The position numbers and the translations under genes were made by a program. Shown one piece after another: positions 15,782 through 25,291 of a stretch of DNA of 27,175 nt; the stretch's first letter is position 1; the number at the start of each line of letters is the position of its first letter. Origin of the DNA: Promethearchaeota archaeon. GTDB taxonomy: Archaea > Asgardarchaeota > Lokiarchaeia > Sigyniarchaeales > Promethearchaeaceae. Location: NCBI GenBank assembly GCA_016933055.1, contig JAFGBS010000016.1, forward strand, positions 1 through 27,175. The letters are read 5' to 3'. Below the pieces are notes generated by a model that was not told the DNA's origin, did no database searches, and saw only the letters and a list, made by a program, of their open reading frames with translations.

Positions 15782-17128
15782 ATGATAAGACAAAAAAATC
15801 TGAAGATCATGAATATTGGTTCTCTGTTAATAATTTTCTTTGTATCTGTGTTTAATTTCATGGATCGATCCCTTTTACCACCCAATTATAATCTGATAAT
15901 GGCAGAATTCAGCAAAACTGAACCGGAAGTGGGATTAATATCTACTCTTTTTATGGTCACAGCAGCAATTTGCACCGTAATTTTTGGATTTCTTAATGAT
16001 CGTGTGAACCGAAAATGGTTGTTGTTCGGAGGTACTTTGTATTACTCCATAACTTCTATATTGGTAGGATATGCTCCAAGTTACGAATCGTTGATGTTGT
16101 TCAAGATACTAACAGGAGTAGGAATAGGAGTAGTTCTGCCAGTTTCCTATTCAATGATCACTGATATGTTTAAAGCCACCTCACGTTCTCGAATATTTTC
16201 CGTATTTGGGGTTGCTCTAACACTAGGAGGAGCATTCGGAACGATACTTTCTGGTAACTTTGGGGAAGCAGGAGATTGGAGAACACCGTTCATTTTAATT
16301 GGTTTTATCAATCTAGCATCGGCAATCTCCGTTATTTTTCTTCAAAATCCTCCGAGAGGGGCGAAAGAAGAAATATTGAAAGAAAAAATCGAGGAAGGGT
16401 TAGAATATTCATACAAAATCAAATGGAAAGACTTGAAATATATATATACGCGCAAATCAAATTTTTTTCTCATAATTAACTTCATTGATAATATCCCTGG
16501 AGGAATCATAGCCGCTTGGGCAATTACATGGCTTGCGGAAGAGCGTGGTCTTGCTAAGGATGTTGCTTCTACTCTTTTTTTGATAGCATCAGCTTTCTCA
16601 CTCATTGGATCCATTATCGGGGGCATTATTGGAGATCGATGGTTTAAGAAAGATAAGCGAGCAAGGGTAGGAATTTCGATGTTTGCAATGATTCTCGAAG
16701 TACCCTTTTTAATTCTGTTTGTAGTGATTCAATTTTCGTTTTCTCCAGGTGTTACCATGGGAGACGCTTTAAGGAATACTATGTTCATGCTTTCAATGGT
16801 GATGGTCGGCATTTTCTTTCTCGTGGATTCACTTATCGGGCCAAACTGGTACTCGACTATAATGGATGTTAACTTACCTGAACATCGAGGAACTATGCTA
16901 AGTGTCGCAAATCTCGTAGATGCAGTGGGTGCAGGTATCGGTCCATGGATAGGAGGTCTTTTATTCCTATGGTTAGGTAGTTACCAATTAGCGTTTATAT
17001 TTGCGAGTGTAATTAATGTTGCTGGTTTCATTCTCTGGATACCGATGTTCATCAACATTCGAAAGGATATTAAAAACGTTGAAGATATATTGCGAGAAAG
17101 AGTATCCCATATAGGATCAGTTAGTTAA
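15782..17128 (+). CDS. MFS transporter (Spinster/sugar-like)
   Basis: FNFMDRSLL, motif A GFLNDRVNRK, KILTGVGIG, DMFKATSRSR, GDWRTPF, GIIGDRW; about 12 TM. Confidence 0.9.
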   Translation: MIRQKNLKIMNIGSLLIIFFVSVFNFMDRSLLPPNYNLIMAEFSKTEPEVGLISTLFMVTAAICTVIFGFLNDRVNRKWLLFGGTLYYSITSILVGYAPSYESLMLFKILTGVGIGVVLPVSYSMITDMFKATSRSRIFSVFGVALTLGGAFGTILSGNFGEAGDWRTPFILIGFINLASAISVIFLQNPPRGAKEEILKEKIEEGLEYSYKIKWKDLKYIYTRKSNFFLIINFIDNIPGGIIAAWAITWLAEERGLAKDVASTLFLIASAFSLIGSIIGGIIGDRWFKKDKRARVGISMFAMILEVPFLILFVVIQFSFSPGVTMGDALRNTMFMLSMVMVGIFFLVDSLIGPNWYSTIMDVNLPEHRGTMLSVANLVDAVGAGIGPWIGGLLFLWLGSYQLAFIFASVINVAGFILWIPMFINIRKDIKNVEDILRERVSHIGSVS

Positions 17129-18382
17129 TCTTTCTTTTTTTACTTCCAATCCCACAAATCGGAACAAAAAAATTAAGGGAATTATTCCAACCACATACAC
17201 GCTTGCAGTTACAAGGAAATTTAATCGAAAATTATAGGGACGCACATTACCGACTAGATAACCACCAAGAACCGCTGAGGCATTCCATAATAAACCCCAA
17301 CTAATAGTTTGAATGGAATTGACTTTACCGCGGTGTTTTTTGGGGACTATATCCATGAGGATTGATCTGCTTAATGGTTCCCCAGCATTCATCAAACTCC
17401 CTCGAATGATAAATAATGGAATTAAGATCCACAAATTGGGATAGGTTGCTATAATAAATAAGCAGATTGTTGCCACAAGCTCAAATACAAATATCATTTG
17501 AATGCGCCCTTTTCTTTTTGAAATTCGCTGCGCGATAATTGCAGCTAAACCTGTAGCAACTGAAGTCATTCCCATAATAAGTTGAACAGAAACTGGTTGC
17601 AATGCATACTGCTCGATGAAAAATATACTAAAATATTTTATTGTCATACCTGCTCCGATTCCAATTATGAGACTGCTGGATATTAAGATTCCAAAGATTA
17701 TCCAGTTTCGTTTTTGATTTTCAGTATTTTCTTTTATGTTATCGTTCGCATTCTGAGAAATCGATTCACTTATATCTCCGAGAGAATGAAAATCGTTGTA
17801 AAAAAACATTGAAACAACGGAAATCATCGTGATTATCATTCCAATAATCATAACTGTCTTTAAAATTGAAACATCCCAAGTGTCTCCAAGAATAAGAAAT
17901 AAGATTACATTAATAAAGGGACCAATGGATCCAGAAAGCTGTCTAACTAAATGGAGTAAGCTATATAATCGTGAACGATTGCCTGAGATAGTCGAGTCAG
18001 CTAAAATTGCTTCCAGACTTGGCCGAGTGAATCCTTGATACAAACCCCATAATCCTAAACTTATAAAAATTCCAATAAGCGTGTTCCAGAATATTAGAAC
18101 ACATAAACTAACTAACCCAATAATTGCAGCAATCTTTAAGATGATATCTCGTCTAAATTTATCAGCAAAATATCCTGCAGGTAAAACAACCAGAGTCATT
18201 GCAATTCCCATTACTCCGGATGTCCAACCTAATAATGTGTTCGATTCGTCAGAAAAAAAGAAGATATAGGCGCTTAAAACGTTTCCACTCCAAATTCCAG
18301 CACCAAAATTCTGGAAAACACTGAATAAAAAGGTTAGTCTGACGTTATGATTCATCTTTTTAATGTTTTGGCTTAATCCCAC
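17117..18382 (-). CDS. MFS transporter
   Basis: Motif A-like GYFADKFRRD and RISKRKGR, RSILMDIVPKKHRG; about 12 TM; GGAGGG upstream of GTG. Confidence 0.88.
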   Translation of the reverse strand: MGLSQNIKKMNHNVRLTFLFSVFQNFGAGIWSGNVLSAYIFFFSDESNTLLGWTSGVMGIAMTLVVLPAGYFADKFRRDIILKIAAIIGLVSLCVLIFWNTLIGIFISLGLWGLYQGFTRPSLEAILADSTISGNRSRLYSLLHLVRQLSGSIGPFINVILFLILGDTWDVSILKTVMIIGMIITMISVVSMFFYNDFHSLGDISESISQNANDNIKENTENQKRNWIIFGILISSSLIIGIGAGMTIKYFSIFFIEQYALQPVSVQLIMGMTSVATGLAAIIAQRISKRKGRIQMIFVFELVATICLFIIATYPNLWILIPLFIIRGSLMNAGEPLSRSILMDIVPKKHRGKVNSIQTISWGLLWNASAVLGGYLVGNVRPYNFRLNFLVTASVYVVGIIPLIFLFRFVGLEVKKERLTN

Positions 18383-18540
18383 TGGAACTGTTACCCTCCT
18401 AAGACATTTTAAGAAAGAAATTTTACTTATACATGGAGTAAATCTTTGAAAAACTTATAGCCATATCTTCACTGAAATGGAAGTACTAGATTGCACATAT
18501 TTAGGGATTTTTAGATATTATTATCATATCGTTATTTCAG

Positions 18541-19881
18541 ATGATGCATCCTATGCCAGAAGAAGAGAAGGAATACGTAGAAATAATTAACATTAAGAAG
18601 GAAGGGGGTTCAGAAAAAGATCTCGATTCTCAAGAGATTAAAGAGCTGGAGCAAATAATTGAAGAAATGGGGGATGGAAATGAAAACATTGAAGAATTCG
18701 AAGAGCAGGTAGACAACAATCTTAAGGAGAATGATTTAGAAGAAGAACTAGAACCCGATACCTCAGAGGAAGAAGAGAATCTAGAAGAGGAGATAAAAGG
18801 AAGCGGGAAAGATCCTGACCCTGAAGAAACTAGTGAAATAGAGAAAACACTCCCAGAGAGATCAAACAAACCCAACCAAGAAGAGGAAAAAAAATCTGAA
18901 CAAGATATTCCCCCGGCTATTTCCTCCCACATAATCCCTTCTGAAGAATGTTGGATAATAAAACGAAATAAATCAGGTTTTACATTACCTAAGGAATTAC
19001 GTGAAAGAATTCATCCTAATCAAAATTTTGCACTAGTACACGAACATCATCAACTCGTCTTTTATATGATCAATGAAGAGGATATTCCAAAACTTAATCA
19101 ATTTCATAAGAAAGCTGAATTAAAGTCGTCGGGAAGGCAAAAGGGAAAGAAGAGCAAAAAGAAAAACGAAGGACCAGAACCTGAGTGGAGAAAATATTTT
19201 TTATTTGAACTTGAAGATCAAGAAAGAGTACAAGAAGCATTAGAGGCAGCATTTTACAAGTTCGCTACAAATCCGCCAACAATTTCTGAAGGTATGAATT
19301 TGGTGATCTATTGTTTAACTTCATTTTTGAAAAATCACAAAATGAATGATTCTCGATTACGGCAAACGGTAATTTTCTTTCTGTGTCATGCCATTGAACT
19401 ATTTAATCAACCCCAGCTCATCGATTTTATTGAAAGGGAAATTATTGACGAGGTAGAAAGTCCCTATTTATATCAAATTTGCCTTAATCAACTAGCTTAT
19501 ACTAGTTTCATTATGGAAAAACCCGACAAAGCGAATGAGTTCATACAAAAGTGCATAAAGGTCATAGATAAATATGAAGTTAATGAAATGTATGCTATTA
19601 TGGATAGTTTTAAGCATCTGGTTCATACACTCACTCCAATTGAAGGAAGAAAAATATCTAAAGAGGAGTTAAGCATTGTTAAGACAAAACTTGACTCCTA
19701 TGCAGAGAAGCTAGAAGATTTTGATTATCAAGTGCAATACTTAGAAATGTTAGAGAGAATGAATTATATAGAGGAAGCATATGACAAAGCGAAGCTATTC
19801 CGTGACCGCTTAGATGAGGATTCACCACTTCGTGACTCATTCAAAGAGATCATGCGTCGTATTGGAAATAAACCAGTATAA
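18541..19881 (+). CDS. Hypothetical protein: acidic disordered N-terminus, AbrB-like hairpin segment, basic linker, helical-repeat C-terminus
   Basis: About 120-aa Glu/Asp-rich region; IIKRNKSGFTLPKELRERI; KGKKSKKK; amphipathic helices to the end. Confidence 0.6.
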   Translation: MMHPMPEEEKEYVEIINIKKEGGSEKDLDSQEIKELEQIIEEMGDGNENIEEFEEQVDNNLKENDLEEELEPDTSEEEENLEEEIKGSGKDPDPEETSEIEKTLPERSNKPNQEEEKKSEQDIPPAISSHIIPSEECWIIKRNKSGFTLPKELRERIHPNQNFALVHEHHQLVFYMINEEDIPKLNQFHKKAELKSSGRQKGKKSKKKNEGPEPEWRKYFLFELEDQERVQEALEAAFYKFATNPPTISEGMNLVIYCLTSFLKNHKMNDSRLRQTVIFFLCHAIELFNQPQLIDFIEREIIDEVESPYLYQICLNQLAYTSFIMEKPDKANEFIQKCIKVIDKYEVNEMYAIMDSFKHLVHTLTPIEGRKISKEELSIVKTKLDSYAEKLEDFDYQVQYLEMLERMNYIEEAYDKAKLFRDRLDEDSPLRDSFKEIMRRIGNKPV

Positions 19882-20091
19882 TGAACCATATTTTAATTTA
19901 ATTTTAAGAGTTATTATCATTCTTCTTAACCATCGTATTTTTTAGTATATTAAGAGGTTCTACTATCATTTCTATCATCCCGTTGATGATCAATTTTATT
20001 TATTCGACATCTGGCGGTGAATATCTTTTTATATTAAGTTAGCTCTATTTTTGATCAAACAGAACGAATTCCTCAAGGTTCCGGTGGTTCC

Positions 20092-20343
20092 ATGGAAGTC
20101 AAAATTGACTATGAAACCGAGTTATTAGAAGACGAAATACAGAAAATCAAATGGATTATCGATGAATTTGATACTCAATTTGGTGATAAATATGGTAAGT
20201 TAAATGATGAAGATATAATCAGAGGAATGGAATTTTTAGATTTTATGATGTCCACTGTCGAAACAGAAAATCCCAAAGTAGCTACATTTTTGAGAAACAA
20301 TTTAGAACGCTTGGAAAAGCGATATCCAATCTTTTTTAACTAA
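20092..20343 (+). CDS. Small helical hypothetical protein (83 aa)
   Basis: Isolated ORF with protein-like composition and GGTGG upstream; no recognised motif. Confidence 0.65.
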   Translation: MEVKIDYETELLEDEIQKIKWIIDEFDTQFGDKYGKLNDEDIIRGMEFLDFMMSTVETENPKVATFLRNNLERLEKRYPIFFN

Positions 20344-20542
20344 ACATCTCAATGGTATCCATCTCAGAATGATCCAAATATTAAAGCATAAAGTGGTATT
20401 AAGATCAACTTAATTGATCCACTCTCTTGTAAAGATTGATAGAATGATCAAGATGAATTAAAAAACCATTTACGTTATTGAAATAAAATCATTATATCTA
20501 ATAAAAATGGTTATTAATAGTACTGTGGAAATGGTGTGAAAA

Positions 20543-21349
20543 ATGTCATTAGAATGGGAAAAAATAGAAGGTAAACCCGATAAAGCCTATAAGGTGGAAG
20601 GTCAGTTTTTACTTGATCAGCGAGCCAAAATTGCTGAGTTAGAAGCGAACTTGCACGAAACACGAACCGATCTTGAAGATGTAAAAAAACAACTAAATAC
20701 TGGCAACATAAAAATCCAAGAGTTAGATACAAATTTACGAGAAGCGGTGAGTGATCGAGATTCTTTAAATAGTCAGTTAGAAATTGCACTTCAAGAGCGA
20801 GATAATCTTGAAAAAGATTATAACGAAATGAAACAAAGTGTTGATAATTTTATGGGCAAATTTCAGTCAGTAGAAGGTGAAAAAACCCAACTTTCATCGG
20901 ATTTGGCAGCAGCAGAAGAACAGATTAAATATCTCAATGAAAAAGCAGACGAAATGCGAGAATTATCTCAAAAGAATGCAGAATACTTAAAAAAAATTGA
21001 TGACCTGAATGCTGAATTGACTGCGAAGGAATCTACTTTAGATAACCTGAAAACACGTTTAGATCAGATAGAACCCCAGCTGGCGCAAGCAAAAGCGAAA
21101 GTAAACGAGTTACAAGCACGAGTATCTGAAAAAGATCTATCTATGGAAGAATTAGAAGGCAAATTGAAGGAATTCGAATCACCCATGCCGGAACTAGGTG
21201 ACATAGGTGAAGAGAGAGTTACGTGCCCAATGTGTGGTGCTGTAGATGTAAAACAAGTAGAAGACAAGACTAAAGTGCTCAGCTACGTCGGTCATATACC
21301 TATATATAGTAAGAAAAATCAATGCCGCAAATGCGGGTATGAATTTTAA
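20543..21349 (+). CDS. Long coiled-coil protein with C-terminal C4 Zn-ribbon
   Basis: About 190 aa of heptads, then CPMCG...CRKCGYEF; GGTGTGA upstream of ATG. Confidence 0.8.
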   Translation: MSLEWEKIEGKPDKAYKVEGQFLLDQRAKIAELEANLHETRTDLEDVKKQLNTGNIKIQELDTNLREAVSDRDSLNSQLEIALQERDNLEKDYNEMKQSVDNFMGKFQSVEGEKTQLSSDLAAAEEQIKYLNEKADEMRELSQKNAEYLKKIDDLNAELTAKESTLDNLKTRLDQIEPQLAQAKAKVNELQARVSEKDLSMEELEGKLKEFESPMPELGDIGEERVTCPMCGAVDVKQVEDKTKVLSYVGHIPIYSKKNQCRKCGYEF

Positions 21350-21350
21350 A

Positions 21351-21359
21351 TTTTTTTTT
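21351..21359 (+). terminator. Oligo-T archaeal-type terminator
   Basis: T9 run 1 nt after the TAA of 20543..21349. Confidence 0.5.
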
Positions 21360-21497
21360 AAATCTTAATGTTTGAAGTTGATCTGAGAACGATAATATGA
21401 ATAGTATCCTTACTACAATGTTTGGATCCATCTATTATTGCCCCTATCGTCATTCACTTTGATAAGATTCATAAACTAGTTGAAATGCACCTAAAGT

Positions 21498-22367
21498 ATG
21501 AATACTCTTATGCGAAATTTCTATGATATAAGAATTACAGCGCAGCATGAGCAATCTTGGGCAATCATTATTGGGAGTTATGTCCTAGATTGCATACTTG
21601 TTATACTATTATTATTCTTTGTGTATCCTATCAGTTTTTTTAGCTCTATTGAAGAAGTAACAAATGGAATAATAAATTCTACATTAATTGGAAGTTTGGC
21701 ATTATCTCTGGTAATATTGGTATTTATGATCCGGATTGGGGGGAAAGTGAAATTCAGTCACCTAGGTTTAGTACCCAGCCATTTACCAAAGGGATTATTG
21801 ATATATGGGGGCGTATATGTGCTATTAAACCTAACATTACTGATTATAAATTGGATTGTACGGACTAGACCAATATGGTATCCTTATTGGGAAGAAGTAG
21901 GAAGTTTTAGCATTGCCTTTGGATATCTATTAGCTCAAATATTTGGAAATGTGTTATTTGAGGAGGTTTACTTTCGGGGATTTTTATGGGCTCAGTTAAG
22001 CATAAAATTCACGAATTTATTCCGAAACAAACCAGTGTTGGGATTAAATATAGGTGCTTTAGTTTCGAATTTGCTGTTTGCTTTACTTCATATTCCAGTT
22101 CGTATTCTTAATGGTCTTGTTGGTTGGGATTTACTGCTATCTCTTTTGATTGTATTTGGGCTGGGATTTTTATTTACATTTGTGTATTTGATCACGGAAA
22201 ATTTGTTTGCCTCTATGGCAATACACATATTACTAAATGTTAGTTTCGTGTTCTTTAACCCTATTTTTGATGCTTCGACACTTTGTCTTATAATAACTGG
22301 CGTATTAATGGTTGTTTGGTTAATAATAAAACTACAGAAACATAAATCTCAAAAAGCCCAATCATGA
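21498..22367 (+). CDS. CPBP (Abi/CAAX protease type II) intramembrane metalloprotease
   Basis: LFEEVYFRG (EExxxR), LFALLH (FxxxH), IHILLN (HxxxN); multiple TM. Confidence 0.9.
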   Translation: MNTLMRNFYDIRITAQHEQSWAIIIGSYVLDCILVILLLFFVYPISFFSSIEEVTNGIINSTLIGSLALSLVILVFMIRIGGKVKFSHLGLVPSHLPKGLLIYGGVYVLLNLTLLIINWIVRTRPIWYPYWEEVGSFSIAFGYLLAQIFGNVLFEEVYFRGFLWAQLSIKFTNLFRNKPVLGLNIGALVSNLLFALLHIPVRILNGLVGWDLLLSLLIVFGLGFLFTFVYLITENLFASMAIHILLNVSFVFFNPIFDASTLCLIITGVLMVVWLIIKLQKHKSQKAQS

Positions 22368-22459
22368 GACACACTGCATGTTCATCTCTTCATTGTAATT
22401 ATTTCACTCTTTATGAGGAAAGTAATTAAATACCGATGTGAAATCATAGACTATCTAGG

Positions 22460-23254
22460 ATGGGATCTTCAATGGAACATAATAGTAAGTCTTTGATCAA
22501 GGAAAAAATCCCGGTAACCAGTTCCAATATCTATACTGATAAAAATTCACTTATTATCTTGGTTCAGTTCTTCTTTGGGGTCCTTGTCGTTGTTGCAGTA
22601 AATTGGTATCCTACTAGATTAATTTTTGACCAAAATGCGTGGTATTTATTGATTTTTATGCCTTTTGGGATGTATGGGAATCTTTGGTTATTTGTTTTTT
22701 CAATTGCAGGACTCACGTGGATCATAATGAAAATATTACGGAAAATACACCCTGTAAAACAGGGAATTTTTCCCCTTGATAGTGACGAGTTCAAATATTA
22801 CAAGCGCCGCTATTGGGTTTCCTATTTCGCGTTATGGTTAGTTCGTGCATTACCTTTACCATGGGTAGATTACTTAGTATATTCTATGTTGGGTAACAAA
22901 GTAGGTAGTTATGTTTGTTTATATGATAGCTGGATTGATATCGAATTAATTGAGTTTGGGAAAAATGTGATGACATCAATGAACAGCGTTATCATGTCAC
23001 ATGCAATTTTCCAAGATAAATTCGTTCAATTACGCACCGTTCTGAAAGATAATTCAATTGTGGGGGCAGAAGCAGTCGTTGCACCGGGAACTATATTAGA
23101 AGAAGAAGCAATTCTTGGAGCTGGATGTTCTTCCTATGTTGGTCAAATCTTAGAACCAGGTGTAATTCATTTGGGAAATCCAGCAACTAAAGTAATGAAA
23201 CAAAAATCATTTGTATCACCTCCTGAATCGGAGCCTGGTAGGGAGGAGGATTGA
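22460..23254 (+). CDS. Membrane-anchored left-handed beta-helix (hexapeptide repeat) acyltransferase-like protein, paralog 1
   Basis: 2 N-terminal TM, GIFP...FKYY, PLPW, hexapeptides (IVGAEAVVAPGTILEEEAILGAG), GNPA. Confidence 0.78.
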   Translation: MGSSMEHNSKSLIKEKIPVTSSNIYTDKNSLIILVQFFFGVLVVVAVNWYPTRLIFDQNAWYLLIFMPFGMYGNLWLFVFSIAGLTWIIMKILRKIHPVKQGIFPLDSDEFKYYKRRYWVSYFALWLVRALPLPWVDYLVYSMLGNKVGSYVCLYDSWIDIELIEFGKNVMTSMNSVIMSHAIFQDKFVQLRTVLKDNSIVGAEAVVAPGTILEEEAILGAGCSSYVGQILEPGVIHLGNPATKVMKQKSFVSPPESEPGREED

Positions 23255-23259
23255 CTTAA

Positions 23260-24027
23260 ATGGCATCTCCTACATCATTCAAAATGTCCCATCCAATGTA
23301 TATTCATGAGAGTATCAGGAAAAGACGCTTTATTTTTTATCTAATCCATATCTGGTTTTCATTCATTCCTCCGATATTTCTTGAATTAGGATTTGTGTGG
23401 TTATGGAAAAAAATTCCGATTTGGTTAGCAATTTTACTTGTACCTCCAGATTTGCTTTTAATGTACTATTTACTTGTTTTTACTTCCATCGGAATCATGC
23501 AATTCCGTTTGTCATTGTTGAAAATCCTCCACAAACCCCGAGAGGGAATATTTCCCAGGAGTATCACAAATAAAGATTTCAAATATTACTGTTTACGTAA
23601 CTATGCAAGATTATTTCCTTCATATTTAATATCCTCGACTCCATTTCCTTGGTTTCGGAGAAAACTGTACTTTATTGCTTTTGGAACAAAAATAGGTAAA
23701 TATGGAATAAATTGGGATGTATGGATAACACCTGAATTCGTAGATATAGGAAAAAACGTACTAATCGGACAAAGTAGCGCAATTTTATCTTGTATTCTGG
23801 AAGAAGATAAATTAATCATAAAAACGATATACATTGATGATAAGGTGATCATTGGAGCAAAATCCACAATTCTCCCAGGGGCGATTATTGGTGAGGGAAC
23901 GATTATTGGGGCGGGATCTTATACGCTCCCTTTTCAAAAATTGGAATCTAATTCTGTATATTTTGGAAACCCAGCGCAATATATAAAAAAACGAAATGAG
24001 ATTGATTTTTCGACTGAAAATCTATGA
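23260..24027 (+). CDS. Membrane-anchored left-handed beta-helix acyltransferase-like protein, paralog 2
   Basis: 2 N-terminal TM, GIFP...FKYY, PFPW, IIGAKSTILPGAIIGEGTIIGAG, GNPA; GAGGAGG RBS, 5 nt after paralog 1. Confidence 0.8.
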   Translation: MASPTSFKMSHPMYIHESIRKRRFIFYLIHIWFSFIPPIFLELGFVWLWKKIPIWLAILLVPPDLLLMYYLLVFTSIGIMQFRLSLLKILHKPREGIFPRSITNKDFKYYCLRNYARLFPSYLISSTPFPWFRRKLYFIAFGTKIGKYGINWDVWITPEFVDIGKNVLIGQSSAILSCILEEDKLIIKTIYIDDKVIIGAKSTILPGAIIGEGTIIGAGSYTLPFQKLESNSVYFGNPAQYIKKRNEIDFSTENL

Positions 24028-24052
24028 AGAAGGAATTTGAAATGATGTAAGA

Positions 24053-24640
24053 TTACGAGCTCATAAGGAAAGGAGGTTGTTCTTCTTCTTGCTCCTTTGC
24101 TACTTTATTCTCAATGGGGGCTACAAAATCATGATCCGCTGGATTTAAAACCAAGCCGCCATCTGCAAGACGATCTAGAAATACTACTAATTGGAATTCC
24201 TCGCGTTTACCTGTTTTAAATGAATAGAATACTGTTCCATTCGTTTTTGATGTTAAATTATATTTGAAATTTTCTGCAATAATGTAGTTTCTTAAAAGCC
24301 AATGAGATAGATTGAATAGTATTTTAACGCTCTCCGCAAAATTTATTTTATGAATCCCATGATATAAAGAATCCAATATGATCTTGTAATCCGATGTCTT
24401 TAATTTCCTCTTATTATATAATAATTCACTTGCAATGTGGTCTGGATCATCCAATCGGATATGATTTTCTCGTATTTTCTTATATTCCGTCTCATCAAAC
24501 ATTTCAAGAATAAATATGTAGTTTGTATTTTCCCGGTTCCCATTACAACTAGCATGGTATAGCATTTTCTTTGAGGGAAGGATGGAAGCAATATCACCTA
24601 AAGCTATCTCAATAGTTTCTGTAATTTCTTCTATTTTCAT
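24053..24640 (-). CDS. Hypothetical soluble protein (195 aa)
   Basis: Long ORF filling the gap with protein-like composition; no recognised motif. Confidence 0.6.
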   Translation of the reverse strand: MKIEEITETIEIALGDIASILPSKKMLYHASCNGNRENTNYIFILEMFDETEYKKIRENHIRLDDPDHIASELLYNKRKLKTSDYKIILDSLYHGIHKINFAESVKILFNLSHWLLRNYIIAENFKYNLTSKTNGTVFYSFKTGKREEFQLVVFLDRLADGGLVLNPADHDFVAPIENKVAKEQEEEQPPFLMSS

Positions 24641-24811
24641 AAGAATCCCAGCCTTTAAAAATAAACCTAAGTCGGTTAAATTTAGCTGAATATACTATAT
24701 TGCGAGTTATAATCGGATTTATAATTGGTTTGTTGCAAAATATGTTGAAAATGTTTCAAAAAAATTCTAAGTGTATCTGTGAAGAATATGCATTGAAAAA
24801 GGAAAAAAAAA

Positions 24812-25192
24812 TTATGATTCTTGTTTTTTCAATGCTTTACGATACATTAATTCGAACCAAAGATCTGCAAACATTTGAAGAATACTAAAAATTAGCAACC
24901 AGTACAAGCCAAATATAATATAAACAGCAGCCACTACGACGAACCAAATTAATGCAGGAATTAAAAATGGTTTAATGGGATCCATATTAAATAAAGGGTA
25001 TAAAAGGATAATGCTAACCAAGTTAATTCCAATAACTATACCTAAAAGCAACCCCGGTCTAAATCGAAAGATTGCAACATTGGTTATGTACAAATATATA
25101 CTTATTCCGATTGTGCCTACATTGCACAAAAAAACCCAGAGCATAAATAAGGGTATAACATATTTTGGAAAAGATTCTCTTTTTAAGTCCAT
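24812..25192 (-). CDS. Small 4-TM membrane protein (126 aa)
   Basis: Four hydrophobic stretches; no recognised family. Confidence 0.7.
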   Translation of the reverse strand: MDLKRESFPKYVIPLFMLWVFLCNVGTIGISIYLYITNVAIFRFRPGLLLGIVIGINLVSIILLYPLFNMDPIKPFLIPALIWFVVVAAVYIIFGLYWLLIFSILQMFADLWFELMYRKALKKQES

Positions 25193-25291
25193 AATGAGTA
25201 GGTTTCATTTTGGTGCTTAATAGAGTTAATGTAAAATTTTCAAAGAGAAATATTAGAAAAAACTTTCAAAATATAATAAGTTTGGAAGTTT

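Noticed and set aside
18375-18389. ORB-like GTTCCAGTGGGA on the minus strand
   Set aside because: A single copy that overlaps the MFS start codon, 10 kb from cdc6 and without a G-string; likely chance.
19882-20091. Recurrent TATCAT words in the intergenic region; possible ncRNA or CRISPR
   Set aside because: Short, irregularly spaced AT-rich words with no 25-40-nt repeat-spacer periodicity and no tRNA cloverleaf.
1204-23867. Many short ORF-track entries antisense to or nested in long genes (e.g. 1204..1404, 2014..2301, 4072..4877 set, 5538..5798, 6674..6877, 7847..8134, 8895..9101, 10066..12020 set, 15119..15412, 16276..16626, 17829..18269, 18630..18932, 20514..20789, 21064..21267, 22564..22794, 23601..23867)
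   Set aside because: They lie wholly within well-supported CDSs, have no motifs and show Ser/Ile/Phe-rich shadow composition.
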